64,000 nt of DNA from Bugula neritina (Eukaryota > Animalia > Bryozoa): positions 11,728,581-11,792,580 of the forward strand of contig OZ037767.1 of NCBI GenBank assembly GCA_964035545.1, written 5' to 3'. The position numbers and the translations under genes were made by a program. The notes below the pieces were generated by a model. The model ran no database searches, was not told the DNA's origin, and saw nothing but the letters and a program-made list of their open reading frames with translations. Numbering within the stretch: position 1 is the stretch's first letter; each line of letters begins with the position of its first letter. Positions 24,853-37,411 of this stretch are shown one piece after another.

Positions 24853-25950
24853 AGGGTGAGGGGGGGGCCCAAAGGGCCGAATTGTGAGTTTTTTGCTCTC
24901 ATTCATTTGTTTTCCAAGTTACTAGTTTAAGAATCTCTAATCTAATTACTACACCAGTTGTCTATTATAGGTATCAGTTTACTGTTTCTATCTCTTTCAC
25001 AACCCTCATTGTGCCCCAGTACCGGAGTACAACGGACCACTGGGTGGGGCACAACAAATATATTGAAACTTTGCTAATTTGGTTGCATCTGATCTTTATT
25101 TATTTAATATGCACAAGTAAATAAAAATACTCTTTCAGATTTAAAGCAAAAATTATGTTTTAGCTGTACAGTTTGTGCCACTATGCAGATAGCAAGGGAG
25201 GCAAAATCAAATGCACATCACTCATTTTTACAGTACCATTATCATTACTGTTTAGAGCAAAATTTTTTTTATCTACACTTCCCGGGAACTGTTATCAGAA
25301 AAAAAACTTTAGTAACATGTGCTACAAAATTCCGGGTGGACTTTTTTCTATGAGCTGTAGCTAAGGTGTGCTGAAGTTTGTGGCTGGAGTGCGGAAGCGC
25401 GGGAGGAAATGAGCAAATCACAATTTATTTTTGTCATATACGTGTATATTCCCTCAATGTTATAATGTATAATGAATATCATGACTATCCATTAGTAACA
25501 GCAGCAAAGTGTTTTGTATGATGTATAACATGGCAAAACTCTAACCTCACCAGATGTAAATACTTATAGGGCAGCTTAACCTTGTAGTTTTGTAGTCTTA
25601 CCATGATGTTTGTGAGATTTTACAAAAAGGTCAAAAATAGCTGTATCTATAAACTTTTTTAACATTTCAACTAATTTTTTGGGCCAAAATAGTAATAACA
25701 GTGATCAGGGTGCAATGGTCAGCGTGGCTCATTGTGCCCCGTGTGGTCAAGTTGAAAATAAATGTGGCTCAAGGAAAATTTATTTTAAAAAATTGCTATT
25801 ATGCTAGTTAATCAATGTAGAGACAAGCAATGGCAACAATATCAGTAAAATCTAGGCTTTGAGTGTGAAAAGTTATAAAGCTTTAATGACATATTTAAAA
25901 ATTTACAAAAGTAGATAAAAGCAGTTTTTGACTCGCCTCTTCAACAAGTA
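24853..25950 (+). mobile_element. Non-autonomous DNA-transposon-like repeat, copy 1 (GGGCACAATG-type motifs; superfamily uncertain)
   Basis: Colinear with the reverse complement of 61910-63060 (shared cagttgtctattataggtatcagtt, ttggttgcatctgatctttatt, gactcgcctcttcaaca). Ends at an LTR insertion. Confidence 0.7.
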
Positions 25951-25961
25951 TGCTTTGCAAA

Positions 25962-26428
25962 TGTTGTAACTAAAATGGCTGAACAGGTATGTCATTACCT
26001 TTTTATTGTTCTGGGTTTACGCTTCACTGTTTATTATCGGGTCTATTTAGGCAAAGCTATTACGCCAAGTTTACGATTGCTAACACTTTATTTTACTTAT
26101 CAAACACACTAAATAAAACCGTACAATATCCAAAACAAGTTCCATAATCAAGGAGAGAATACACAACTTTACAATAATAACTCCTAACGCTATCAGCCGG
26201 TTAGTCGAGCACGCTAACTACTAGCACAAGTAGTGCAGCTCTGCCTACTGTTAATTACTAACAATTCATTCTAATGTATGGCCAGTATGTACGATACTGG
26301 CTCCGTTGATTGGCCATCATGCTGGTGCCATCACGATAGTTGACTTGTTATACAAATGCATCGTGCCATCAGAGAAGTGTGTGAGGAGTTATCCTTTTGA
26401 TATCAAATACATATACAAATTCTCCACA
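25962..26428 (-). repeat. 3' LTR of element D (467 bp)
   Basis: Minus strand TGTGGAG...GTTACAACA; related to the solo LTR at 48304-48683 (aaaggataactcctcacac shared). Confidence 0.85.
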
Positions 26429-29400
26429 TCCTCCACCACTATCGAAAGGCACCCAAGAAAAATATAAAAGAGTATAACACATACACAAAAAACATAATAT
26501 TCAGAACAGAATACTGTTATATAAAAAAATAAAAAAAAGAACACACAGGTGGTAGCACAAAGTAGCATACAACTGTCATAAAATCAGACGAAGTAAAATA
26601 AGACGAGGAGCTGTACGTAAATTACAAATCACGGCAAGTTAGCATGAACATATCTGGCCATCTGTCGACTGTGACTCCCCGAGCAAAGTACCATAATAGA
26701 GCCACAGGGGAAGGAAAAGAAGAACTCCTCTAGCCAGAGCCAAGCATCTACAGGGTGGGCGCCGACATGCGGTCAATGAATTAAATGTGGCAGAAGAAAA
26801 GTGTTCTGACGCCACTATAGAAGTGGCTGTTACTATTAGTCATGCAGTCAATAATTATTATTACCTGTTATTCATTATTTATCTATTGATCGACCCATCG
26901 TGGTATTTTTAATCATCAATATTTAGATTATTTATTCGACTGTTCTCGTCTCGATCTATTAGTGTTATGAAGATAGTCTTCGTAAGAAGAGCGAACAACA
27001 TCATCCGCCACGACAGCCACCTGTGCTGCTGCGACAGTCTTCTAAGAATTTAGTGTATATAGAAAGACAATAAAGGTGACTGCTTGACGGTGGTGTCAGG
27101 AAAAGGATCTTCTAGCCCTTCACTAAATCTCACCTGCAACAGAGTACCAGATTCTGTTGTAGGAGTTTCCACCCGGTCAGTATGACACTGACGACCGAGT
27201 TACACAGTCTATCAACATTTTGATTACCAAAATCATCCCGGCGACCGTCTCACTCTAAGTCGTCAGTGAAATCATCTGACTTCAAGAATCGAACTTTATC
27301 GTTATGACAAAGCGAGACTGATACATGTTACTAAGTTAAATTTCATTTAAATAATAGAATTTCACAAGTAGACTTACCAAAAGACAGCCATGACACCAGT
27401 CTACTGTTCACTTAGGTTCCGTAGTCGCTAGCCTGTCAAGTACGTGCGCGCCACGACAGTTAACATTGAAAAGAATGCTCGTCACAGTGGAAGTAATTAC
27501 ATAATACCCCCTTTCACTAGCGAGTTGGCTTCACTCTTTTCTGTACCCCCGGTGGCGTTAACACAATATATGTATACGCCACTGGGTATGCAATTCACAG
27601 TTGTGTTTCTTTGTATTAAAGTAATTGCAACTCTCAATTGCCCGTCTCTCCAGATTTCTTTTATGATAGCTGATGGATGCTTTTCTACTGCATCACACAA
27701 GAAATCTTTCGAATAAGATGGTGGCGCCCTAGTACCTTGACCACGCTCCAACTGTACTGGGAGGGGGGCTGCTGCCACTGGTGACTCTACCACTACGGGT
27801 GGCATCTCTAGTATTGAGGGTCCATCAGTACGGGTGGTTCCCCCTAGCTGCCTCCTCCTCATGAGTTTCCATCTCATCAGGAATGACAAGTGTGTCGGCC
27901 GGCTCCACTGCTGGTGGGGCCGGCCCAGACCGGTCTTTCAGTTTGTCGGCCGCCTCTTCTTGGGGTGGGGGCGTTTTATTCTGATCTGGCAGCACCTCCT
28001 CCAACTCTCTGTACGCTATGCCTCGTCCTCTCATGGGCGGACGGCGTACAGGCTCTAGGAGTGGAGAGGCCTGTCTTGCTGCATCAGGACTCGCCCAGTA
28101 CGGCTTCAGTTGTGCTTCGTTCTAGACCGACACGTGGCCACAACGTTTCACTCTGCATGTGTGATTTGGCATCATCTCAATCACGCAATATGGACCCACG
28201 AACTTTGGCTGTAACTTAGCTGCCTGTTTGCTCCACCGGCGATGACTGATCATCCAGACCCAGTTGCCCACTTTATACAAAGGGGGTCGTTGGAGTCACC
28301 GCTCCTGACCTGCCATTGCTGCTCACACAACACCTAGTGAGCCGTTCTTTTGCGCTTAATTAGCTCATCTATGTAATCGTGAACGTTGCTCTCTGAAGCT
28401 AGAACATGGTAAGTTAAGTGTTCAGGAACCCTTGTTTCTCTCCCCAGCATGAAAAAGTTAGGGGTCTTCAGTGTGCTGGAGTGATAGGTACTACAGTAGG
28501 CTCGCTTGATTTGCGGCAGCACCAAGTCCCACTCTGTCTGACTCTTACCTATAAGCAGGCTTCTCAGCGAGTTGCCTAGCATACGGTTGTTCCGCTCTAC
28601 AACCCTATTTCCTTGCGGGTGGTATGGGGTTGTCCGACTCTGGTTAACCCCCAACGTCCCACAGAGATCGCTCATAAGTTGCGACTGAAACTGGGCACTT
28701 TGATCAAAGTGTATTTGTTCTGGCAAGCCGAAATAACAGAACACCTACTGATCCAAGGCCCTGGCCACCGAGGGGGCCGACGCATTTGGGATAGCCAGCG
28801 CATCAGCCCACCGCATGAAGTGGTCAGTTAACACCAAAATGCAGCTATTACCTCTTGCAGACGTGAGCATGGGGCCCACCAGATCTACAGCAACTACTTG
28901 CCACGAACGAGCGGCATGGAGGCGGCGCCTCCCTGCAGTCTCAGTGGAGCGGCCATGCTTCCTAGCTTGCAGATCTCACACTTCCGCCCCGGAGTTGGAC
29001 ATCCCGGGTCATACCGGGCCAATACCACTGGAGTTGGAGACAACGAGCAAACGGACAGACTACCCTCTCCCGTTATTGGTGATTTGCACCGATTGCCAAA
29101 GTTATCGTTAACAACCCATCACCATTAAACTGGAGGGAGTCCCAGCGGTCGCAGAAATACTTAAACTTTGCACACTGGACCCGCTGTTTGGCCTCACTAG
29201 GCTGTCGTCCCTCCTTCTTAGCCCGCACCAGGTCAGCTACTACCCCAGGTAGTGTAGCTTGGAGCCGACACAGCTCCTTGACATTCCTTAGCAGCGTAGG
29301 GCTTGCATGAAGGTTGTTGACAGATTTAGTGAGGAGTTCGGACCGGAGTTGTTCTTCTTCCCAGCTGTATATACTTGCTTTTCCCATCTGTTCTTCCACG

Positions 29401-32233
29401 TCTGAGCGAGGGGGTCCACCACTCTTGCGCTCGGTGTTTAGGCACTGCTTACATCCATCTGCCTGGCGGCGGCTCAATCCGTCGGCATTACCAAGTTTCT
29501 TACTGGGTCGGTGTTCGATCCGGTATGAAAACTCAGCCAGGATTTCAAGCCAACGCACTACTTGGCTAGATGTTTCAGCACGTCGACACAGCCATATCGA
29601 GGACGCGTGGTCAGTTTGTAATCTGAACATCCGCCCATACAGATATGGTCTAAAGTGTTTTGTTGCCTTAACTACTGCCAGGAGCTCTCTCCTGGTAGTA
29701 CAGTAGTTCCTCTCAGGGGCCGACAGAGCCTTACTATAGTAAGCTACCACCACCTCGCGACCATCTTGGACCTGAGACAGCACATCCCCTACATTGTGGT
29801 TACTGACATCAGTATCCAAAATGTAATCTCTCGCTGAATCAGAGTACGTCAAAATGGGTGCCTCCACCAAGCGATCCTTGAGGTGGTCAAATGCCTGCTG
29901 TTCTGCATACGTCCACTGCCAGTGCACTCCCTTTGTCGACAGCCGGTTTAGTGGCTGCGCAATTTTTGCAAAGTCTGGTATGTACTGCCGATAGTACCCT
30001 ACCAGCCCCAGGAACGCCCGCAATTCAGGGAGGTTAACAGAGACGGCCCAGTCCCTCATGGCCCGTACCTTCTCGAGTCGGTGGCGACCTCGTCTCGATC
30101 AACTACATGGCCCAGGTACTTGACCTCTTGTTGCAGTAATGCACACTTAGAGGGCTTGAGCTTTAGACCAGCAGCTTGAAGTCTGTCAAACACCTCTCTG
30201 AGCCGACTGACATGAGTGTCGAAGTCGGGGAAGATGACAATGACATTATCAAGATAGATAAGCAAGGTCTTTTAGTGTAACCCACTCAGGACGTGCTCCA
30301 AGAATCGCTGGAAGGTGGCCGGCGCAGACGTGAGTCTGAACGTCAACACCTTTTATTTCTAGAGCCTGTCCCGCGTGTCAAACGCGGCCTTGTCCTGTGC
30401 ATCAGAACTCAGGGGCACCTGCCAATACCTGCTTAGCAAGTCCAGTCTACTGAAGAACTTGCTACCAGCTAAAGCATCTAGCAACTCGTCGATCCTAGAA
30501 AGAGGGTAATCGTCCTGGATAGTCACGCTGTTCAGTTTGCGATAATCCACGCAAAACCTCCAGCTCCCATCCTCTTTTCGAACCAGGACAACTGGAGAGC
30601 TCCAAACACCATAGGCTGCATCAATCAGGTGCCGGTTCAGAAGGTCTTGCACCTGTCGGCTCATTTCCCTTTCCTTCTCAGGACCTAGCTGGCGGGTCAG
30701 CTGCCTGATGGGCACCGTCCCAGCCGCCAAAGGTATCTCAAGACAGACAGCCTTAGCAAGGCCAATGTCATGGTCGCAGCAACTGAACACGTCCTTGTAC
30801 TCAGAGGGCAGCTGCGCCACTACCAGGCATTCCCGCTTACTCTCACAGCCATTACAGGTATCCCCGTACAAAGTGTTTAGGCACCAGCCCCCTGCCGTTC
30901 CTAGTGGGTACCTTCCGAGCCTCATCCGCTGTCTCCAGGGTGGGCCCGATATCCTCCCCCTGTATGGAGTGGAACTTCCCCACTAGTGACCCAGCCGGCA
31001 ATTCTACCGACTCTGTGAAAGGATTTACACACTGGACCAGGAACTCTCCCCGCTCATCCAGTCTATTCAGGCTGTTAGCGAGCTGGACGCCCCCGTGCAC
31101 TTTCCACCACTCTTAACTCGGAGATTTTCCTACAGTTCACTCTGCAGCGAACTGTAGACCGAGAGCGCCAAGGTACAGTACAGCACTGCACCACCTGCAC
31201 TCCCCCCACAAAGGGTCTGCCAAACCGGTCCACACAAGCAAGCTCACGCCCGGCCATCATCACCGCCGACTTGTTAAAGTCAATGTGGCACTTGTGTTGC
31301 TTCAGAAATGGCATTCCCAAGATGGCGTCCTCCTTGAACTGACTGACGATGAAGGTCTCGCTGATCACCTGATCACGGACTTTACCAGCGAACTCTATCA
31401 TGCCATAAAAAGGTATACACGACCCATCCGCCAACGTGCCGTGTTCCCCATCATATAGCTCCAGGTTTGCCCGGTCCCTAGCACTGAGTGTGTCAAACAG
31501 ACGCCGGCTCAAGAAATTTGTGGTACACCCAGTATCCAACAGGAATGTTTCAGCTTTGCCAGCAAGTTTACCGGGAAGGGAATAACTGCTTCTATATGGC
31601 TGAGCGCTCACTGAGAAGTTAATATCTGCAGGTGACACCTCATGTGCATGGAGTTGGGGATGCACCTGCACTTTTCGGTTGCGGTGGGGGAGGGGTTTGT
31701 CAATGTTCAGTAATCAGGCGGGTTACATCTCGGTCTTGCTCGCACACGGGCAGCCGAGTGAATGCTTGGTCCTGCTCTCGTGTGGGTAACCAAAGGAAAT
31801 CCCGGTCCTGCTCCCACTCGTCGTACACCTCCTCATCAGGCAAACCTTCACAACGGTTTTTGAGTGTCCAAGCCGGAAGTTTTGGCGGGCTTTGTGGCCT
31901 GCTGACTCTCTGTGAGGCTTGCCACTCTGGCCAAGGCGGCCTCCTCACCCGATTGAGTTTGGGCCTTGGCCTTGGCCTCGGAGGGTTAAACCGAAGTCCA
32001 CGGTCGGCGGAGTCTACCATGGGCCGTTGTCGTTAAACTCCCTCCCTCTACCATGGGGGCAGCTTTGTACGAAGTGCCCACAACTAGGACTCGCTTGCTG
32101 ACAACAGCTGTCGGCGACCTGGCGGGCTTGGAAATAGCCATTCCCAAGCCTGAGAGCTTTCTCTGTCGTCTCAACCTTAGCTACCAGCAGGTGTTGCTTT
32201 GAACCGAGGTTGTTAATAGACTGGAGAAAAGCA
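25962..32233 (-). mobile_element. Degenerate gypsy element D (gag 3' end, PR, RT, RH, IN, long 3' UTR, 3' LTR)
   Basis: ORF fragments 31075-31671 (LLDTG), 30359-30925 and 30056-30265 (RT, YLDN), 29073-30059 (RH), 28334-28744 (IN). PPT-like AGTGGTGGAGGA precedes the LTR. Confidence 0.95.
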
Positions 32234-32234
32234 A

Positions 32235-32312
<78 letters not shown>

Positions 32313-32351
32313 GTATGTATATGTATATATATGTATATATATATATGTATA

Positions 32352-32383
<32 letters not shown>
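32235..32383. repeat. (TA)n-rich microsatellite truncating gag of element D
   Basis: Directly visible. Confidence 0.98.
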
Positions 32384-32388
<5 letters not shown>

Positions 32389-32926
32389 CAGTATGTAGTA
32401 AAAAATATTATTAGAGCCATCGAGCAGTACACGTTGCGTCAAGTTGACGGCCCTGAATAACAATATTGTGAATATAGAGACTAGGTCAAGGTGATTTTTA
32501 TCGGACTTGCAAGTTAAATCATTCTGGCAATATAATTTAACTAACTCAAAGCTAGGTCAACTAATTTTGATATATCGTGATTGGTTGATACAAGTTGTAA
32601 TGCTAATTTTATATTAAATTTGTTGTGAGTTTTATAAAAATTTTGTATGTAAATAATTGGTTGTACCCCAAGACGTCCGTTTTGGGCTCCAAGACGTCCG
32701 TAATATGGACATAAATAGAGTTGTAATTTTTAGTAGCAGTCAGTCGACTGTTGCCTGTTGTAATGTTTATGATTGACTCTTATAATAAACTTTATTCTTT
32801 GCGAAATACTCTGCTCTTTGATTAGGTTACTATTGAGTTGGCAATAGTGGTGGTTAGTTTCTATAGGTTTGTCAATGGTGATTACTTGCGCTGCAATTCC
32901 TGTTGAATCTCGGTGATTCAAATCCC

Positions 32927-33213
32927 AGGAATCTGATTTCTGTCACTGTCTCTGACTACAGCTGCTGTGATATAAATCGGCGAACCATAGCCGTGTCCCT
33001 GTCACGCTCCAGCACTGTTACTGAACACCAGAAATCATTTTTCCACTGTAGTGACTCTCTTGCGTTGCGGAATTCCTGTCGAGTCTCTGCGATTCGAACA
33101 TCAGGAATCAGATTTCTGTCACTGTCTCTGACTACAGTTGCTGTGATATAAATCAGCGAACCATAGCCGTGTCCCTATCACACTTCAGCACTGTTACCGA
33201 ACACCAGAAATCA
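32927..33213. repeat. ~110-bp direct repeat (period ~176 bp)
   Basis: aggaatc.gatttctgtcactgtctctgactacag..gaacaccagaaatca at ~32927 and ~33103. Confidence 0.9.
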
Positions 33214-33589
33214 ATAGTCACTGGAAAATATTAAAATCACATTAGCAAATAATTTGGCAACAAACAGTATTAGATAGTTTAATTAGTTTTCTGCACAAGG
33301 GAATTCTATTCCGACCCTCATTGTTAAGTGAGATTACTTACCGTCGATAGCGACACCTGGTGTCAGACACAAATTTACTTCAAGTACATGCCAATATTTA
33401 CTACAAATTTCAAACATAGCATAAATTAAGTAGTATTACCGTGCCCACTTGCATCCAATTTACTAGTATTACATTTATAGCAACTGTAACGTAATTTGTG
33501 TAAAATGGTTATTGCATGCATTATTCAATTCATATTCACATTGTAATCACAGCGAAGCTTAAACTTTATAGCTTTGTGTTTTTGTGCAT

Positions 33590-33810
33590 AAGTGAGTTTT
33601 AATTTTTTTTAATTTTGTGTGCAATAAAAATGTGTTTACAAATTTAATCAATAAACAAAACTAAAAAAATGTACACATAAAAGAAAAAAAATAATAAAAT
33701 AACAAAAGTGGCAAAATTTTGCCTTTATAACTTATATAAACTCACGGTACTGATCGCGGCATAATGACTTTTCATGGTTTAAAATCAACACTCCTATATA
33801 TTCCACACTG
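33590..33810. mobile_element. Partial hAT-type MITE (same family as 38245-40364)
   Basis: Matches 40140-40364 and ends with the TIR ..ctcctatatattccacactg. Confidence 0.8.
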
Positions 33811-34406
33811 ATCACAAGCGACTACCACATCTCGGCCAATTAAAATGGAGCAAATAAAAGCCCTCGTGGTAATTTCGTTCTTGCTTGTAATAATGGTAGT
33901 AAGTTGTACTTTCTCATTCACTTCGACTCGTCATGGTTAATTTTGTATTGACATTTTGCTATATTATTACTACACTGTTTAAATTTATTACCGTATTAAC
34001 TTAGCCACTTTGTTTCACTCATCATTGATGTGTTAATAATAATTATAATGATAACGTTGCACTTACTGAGTAACCAGTTTGAGTTGGGGTTACAGTTTGA
34101 CTTGCTATGAGTATGAGTATGACACTTGGCTTAAACTTTTAGCATTTGCAAGTCATGCCCTCTGTTGCTCGTGCAGTGGTAAAGCTTTGCAAAGCTACCC
34201 TCTTCTGTTTAACTTAAGATGGAATATAGCTTTATTGTACAATTCTTTTAGTTATAAACCCGTAAGTGTAAGTGTAAGACGTAGGCCTAGGAGTAAGTGA
34301 ACCTTCTTTTAGTAATATTTATATATTCATTCATTATCGAATTTCAGTGTAGCAATTTATTTAAGCAAAAAATGATGCTGACAACCAACACAATGATAAT
34401 TTTAGT

Positions 34407-34625
34407 ATCAATTTTACACTTGACTCAGAGTTTGACAAGTGGGAACTTTTAAAACGTATCAACAATCTCAAAGTACCAGGTACTTTTGCACGCCTAGACT
34501 TAACTAAAGAAGAGCAAAATAAGGATTTTCAGTTGAGACAACAGTTAAGAGACGTAAGGAAACAGGATCCTCGAAGCACATACAAAATACAGAAAAACCA
34601 AATAGTCAAAATATATACAGATTAA
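34407..34625 (+). pseudogene. LINE ORF1 C-terminal fragment
   Basis: INFTLDSEFDKWELLKRINNLKVPGTFARLDLTKEEQNKDFQLRQQLRDVRKQDPRSTYKIQKNQIVKIYTD* fits the DLT..E....LR..L..I....IV pattern of LINE ORF1 ends. Confidence 0.75.
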
Positions 34626-37351
34626 TTAGCCTCAATGCAAGATCAATCAAAGGTAAAATTGCTGAATTACAAGCTATAGCTTCTGACTACGATGTGATGT
34701 TTATCACTGAAACTCATTTAAACCCATCCTATGCTAATGCTCAAATCTTCCATCCAAATAACAAACTGGTTTACAGAAAAGATAGGAATGAATATGGAGG
34801 GGGTGTACTAATAGCTGTTAATTCGCAAATCTCACATTCTCCAATAGATATACCATCTGAAGCAGAAATAACAGCAATCAAGTTTAACTTTGAATCTAAC
34901 GTAGCTCCTTATATTTTGGTAACATACTACAGACCGCCTTCAACATACAACATTAAACCACTTGTAGATTACATGTCAAAAATCAAAAAACTTTTTCCAT
35001 GGTCAACAATAGTTCTAACTGGCGATTTTAATTTACCTGGCATCAATTGGAATGACTTCACTTTCTCTAACAGTTGGAGACCTTTTTACAATGACTTCAT
35101 AGATTTGTTATCGGAATTAGACATGGATCAAATTGTTAGTGAGCCAACTCATATAGCTGGCAATATACTTGACCTTCTTTGCACTAATTCTAAACATTTA
35201 ATTTGCGACTTAAATGTAATCCAACCAGGTGTCAGTGATCATTTTATGATTGAATGCTCAATAGAAGCACCCCAAAAGTTTAAAGAAAGTGTAGAAGATA
35301 GTTATACTTTTGTGTTCCACAAAATAAATAGAAACGGTTTTGATTCCTCAATGGCAGCCTTGCTCTCAGAAGTGAACTCTCTAATAAATGATGTACAGCC
35401 CATTGATACTGTTCGGTCTACATTTAGAAATGGATTACATTCGGCAATAACTGACCATGTACCTAAAAAGCAATTTAAACCTAGAAAACATTTTCAACCT
35501 GTTTGGTTTAATAAAGATGCTCAAAGAGCTTACAACAAGCAAAGAAAACTTTACTCACGATACAAGCTCACAGGTGATTCTGTTTTATTTAACAAATACA
35601 AAAAACTAAGGTGTGAAAACAAAAAACTATTTAAAATACTCAAAAAAGACTTCATGTGTGAAAAGTTATACTACCCATTGGCAAATGGAGACTCGAAACC
35701 TTTTTACAGATATGTTAAAGAAATTAAAGGCAACAATAACAGTATTTCAAGCATTCAAATTAGTGAAAAGACCAGCTCTAATGATTTATCTGACATTGCT
35801 AATACTTTGAACTTGTATTTTCACAGTGTTTTTACACCAGCATGTGTGCTCCCAGAAGCTCCGGCTCCAACTGATGCAGATAACATATTAGTAACTTCTG
35901 AAGGTGTGTTAAAATTGATTAAGTCTCTCAAAAATGGTAAAGCTTCAGGGCCAGACTCTATTAGCAAACAAAAGCTACTGCTCTCCCCTGAAATTATTTC
36001 TTCCCTATTAGCTTCCATCTACAACTATACATTAACAACAGGTACACTTCCATCAGAGTGGAAGCTGGCTCATGTCACACCAATATTCAAACAAGGAAAT
36101 CGTGAGTTGCCCTCTAACTATAGACCAATATCCTTAACATCAATAGTTTGTAAAATGATGGAGCACATCATACTTCACCTTATGCAAAACAAATTGAATG
36201 AGATCCTGTCCATAAACCAGCATGGTTTTAGAAATCACCTGTCTTGCACAACTCAATTGGCCTGCCTAACACATGACATATTGAGTAATATGGACAATGG
36301 AATGGCTACACATGCGGCAGTGCTAGATTTCTCGAAGGCCTTTGATTTAGTTCCCCATCATCTGTTGATTCAGAAACTTATTGAGTATAAAGTAAATCCT
36401 CTTTTAGTAAAATGGATATCCTCGTTTCTAACCAGTCGTTTCCAGAGAGTGGTGATTAAAGGCCACAAATCTGATGCTGTAGCTGTTACTTCAGGTGTCC
36501 CTCAAGGTAGCGTTTTAGGGCCTGCACTTTTCACACTTTTCATTAATGACATCACTAAATGTGTAAAATACTGCACTGTAAGGCTCTTCGCGGATGACAC
36601 TATACTATATACGCATATATCTAAAGACGAAGACAAGGAAAATTTGCAAAATGATCTTAACGCTTTACACAACTGGAGTATTAAAAATTCCATGAAATTC
36701 AATGCAACAAAAAGCAACATCATTGTGTTTGATAAAAGCCCTAAACCTATAACGCACACTTATTATTTGAGCAACGAACAATTAGTACAAAGTAGCTGTG
36801 TAAAATACCTAGGAATCTATTTGGTACATGATCTAAAGTGGGATTATCACATAAACTCAGTAGTCAATAAAGCAATGCGTATTTTAGGATTAATCAAAAA
36901 TGTACTCTATGATGCTCCAGTTAAAGTTAAACTCATAGCATACACTACCCTGTGTAGACCGCTTCTAGAGTATGCCTGCGAAATTTGGGATCCTGCACAT
37001 CTCATGCTAAGCAACAACCTAGAGAAAGTTCAAAACAAGGCAGTACGTTTTGTAAAAAACTTAAAAGGCTGGGATGTCTCAGTGACCGAATCCAAGGCGG
37101 AGTTAAACTTAAAGGCTTTAAATAAATCCAGACAAGAACACAGATTCACGCTATTCTTCAAAGTGTTGCAGCATGAACCATTCTTCCCTAACCTAATTAA
37201 CACTCTTAACTCCATGAAATCTCTCCGTAATACCAATATTGGGGACAGTAACTCTTTTAATTCAATATCCTGTAATACTAATAAGTTCCTGCATAGCTTC
37301 CTCATTAGAACAGCCCGTGAACTACGCACGGGAGAAACACTAGCAGACTAA
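34622..37351 (+). CDS. LINE ORF2: apurinic-like endonuclease + reverse transcriptase (uninterrupted)
   Basis: SLNARSI, ITETHL, GDFNLP, SDHF (APE); YRPISLTS, LDFSKAFD, GVPQGSVLGP, FADD, KYLGI (RT). The frame is open upstream of the annotated 34694 start. Confidence 0.95.
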   Translation, partial: LISLNARSIKGKIAELQAIASDYDVMFITETHLNPSYANAQIFHPNNKLVYRKDRNEYGGGVLIAVNSQISHSPIDIPSEAEITAIKFNFESNVAPYILVTYYRPPSTYNIKPLVDYMSKIKKLFPWSTIVLTGDFNLPGINWNDFTFSNSWRPFYNDFIDLLSELDMDQIVSEPTHIAGNILDLLCTNSKHLICDLNVIQPGVSDHFMIECSIEAPQKFKESVEDSYTFVFHKINRNGFDSSMAALLSEVNSLINDVQPIDTVRSTFRNGLHSAITDHVPKKQFKPRKHFQPVWFNKDAQRAYNKQRKLYSRYKLTGDSVLFNKYKKLRCENKKLFKILKKDFMCEKLYYPLANGDSKPFYRYVKEIKGNNNSISSIQISEKTSSNDLSDIANTLNLYFHSVFTPACVLPEAPAPTDADNILVTSEGVLKLIKSLKNGKASGPDSISKQKLLLSPEIISSLLASIYNYTLTTGTLPSEWKLAHVTPIFKQGNRELPSNYRPISLTSIVCKMMEHIILHLMQNKLNEILSINQHGFRNHLSCTTQLACLTHDILSNMDNGMATHAAVLDFSKAFDLVPHHLLIQKLIEYKVNPLLVKWISSFLTSRFQRVVIKGHKSDAVAVTSGVPQGSVLGPALFTLFINDITKCVKYCTVRLFADDTILYTHISKDEDKENLQNDLNALHNWSIKNSMKFNATKSNIIVFDKSPKPITHTYYLSNEQLVQSSCVKYLGIYLVHDLKWDYHINSVVNKAMRILGLIKNVLYDAPVKVKLIAYTTLCRPLLEYACEIWDPAHLMLSNNLEKVQNKAVRFVKNLKGWDVSVTESKAELNLKALNKSRQEHRFTLFFKVLQHEPFFPNLINTLNSMKSLRNTNIGDSNSFNSISCNTNKFLHSFLIRTARELRTGETLAD

Positions 37352-37376
37352 TAAAAAAAAGACCTGAACATCCGAT

Positions 37377-37411
37377 AGTTCCACCTTTCCCCTATTTGGG
37401 GTCTTGGAACT
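37377..37411 (+). promoter_or_regulatory. LINE 3' stem-loop
   Basis: AGTTCCA/TGGAACT and CCCC/GGGG stems with a TATTT loop, directly before the tail. Confidence 0.75.

Noticed and set aside
27185-27270. Other CTGANGA hits (also ~20857, ~47330, ~62595, window end)
   Set aside because: No stem II followed by GAAA and stem I; the hit at the window end cannot be evaluated.
26430-27715. env gene in element D
   Set aside because: No long ORF, signal peptide or transmembrane segment visible.
33349-33364. CTCF-like motif (ACACCAGGTGTCGCTA on the minus strand)
   Set aside because: Mismatches at core positions; a single hit in 64 kb is expected by chance.
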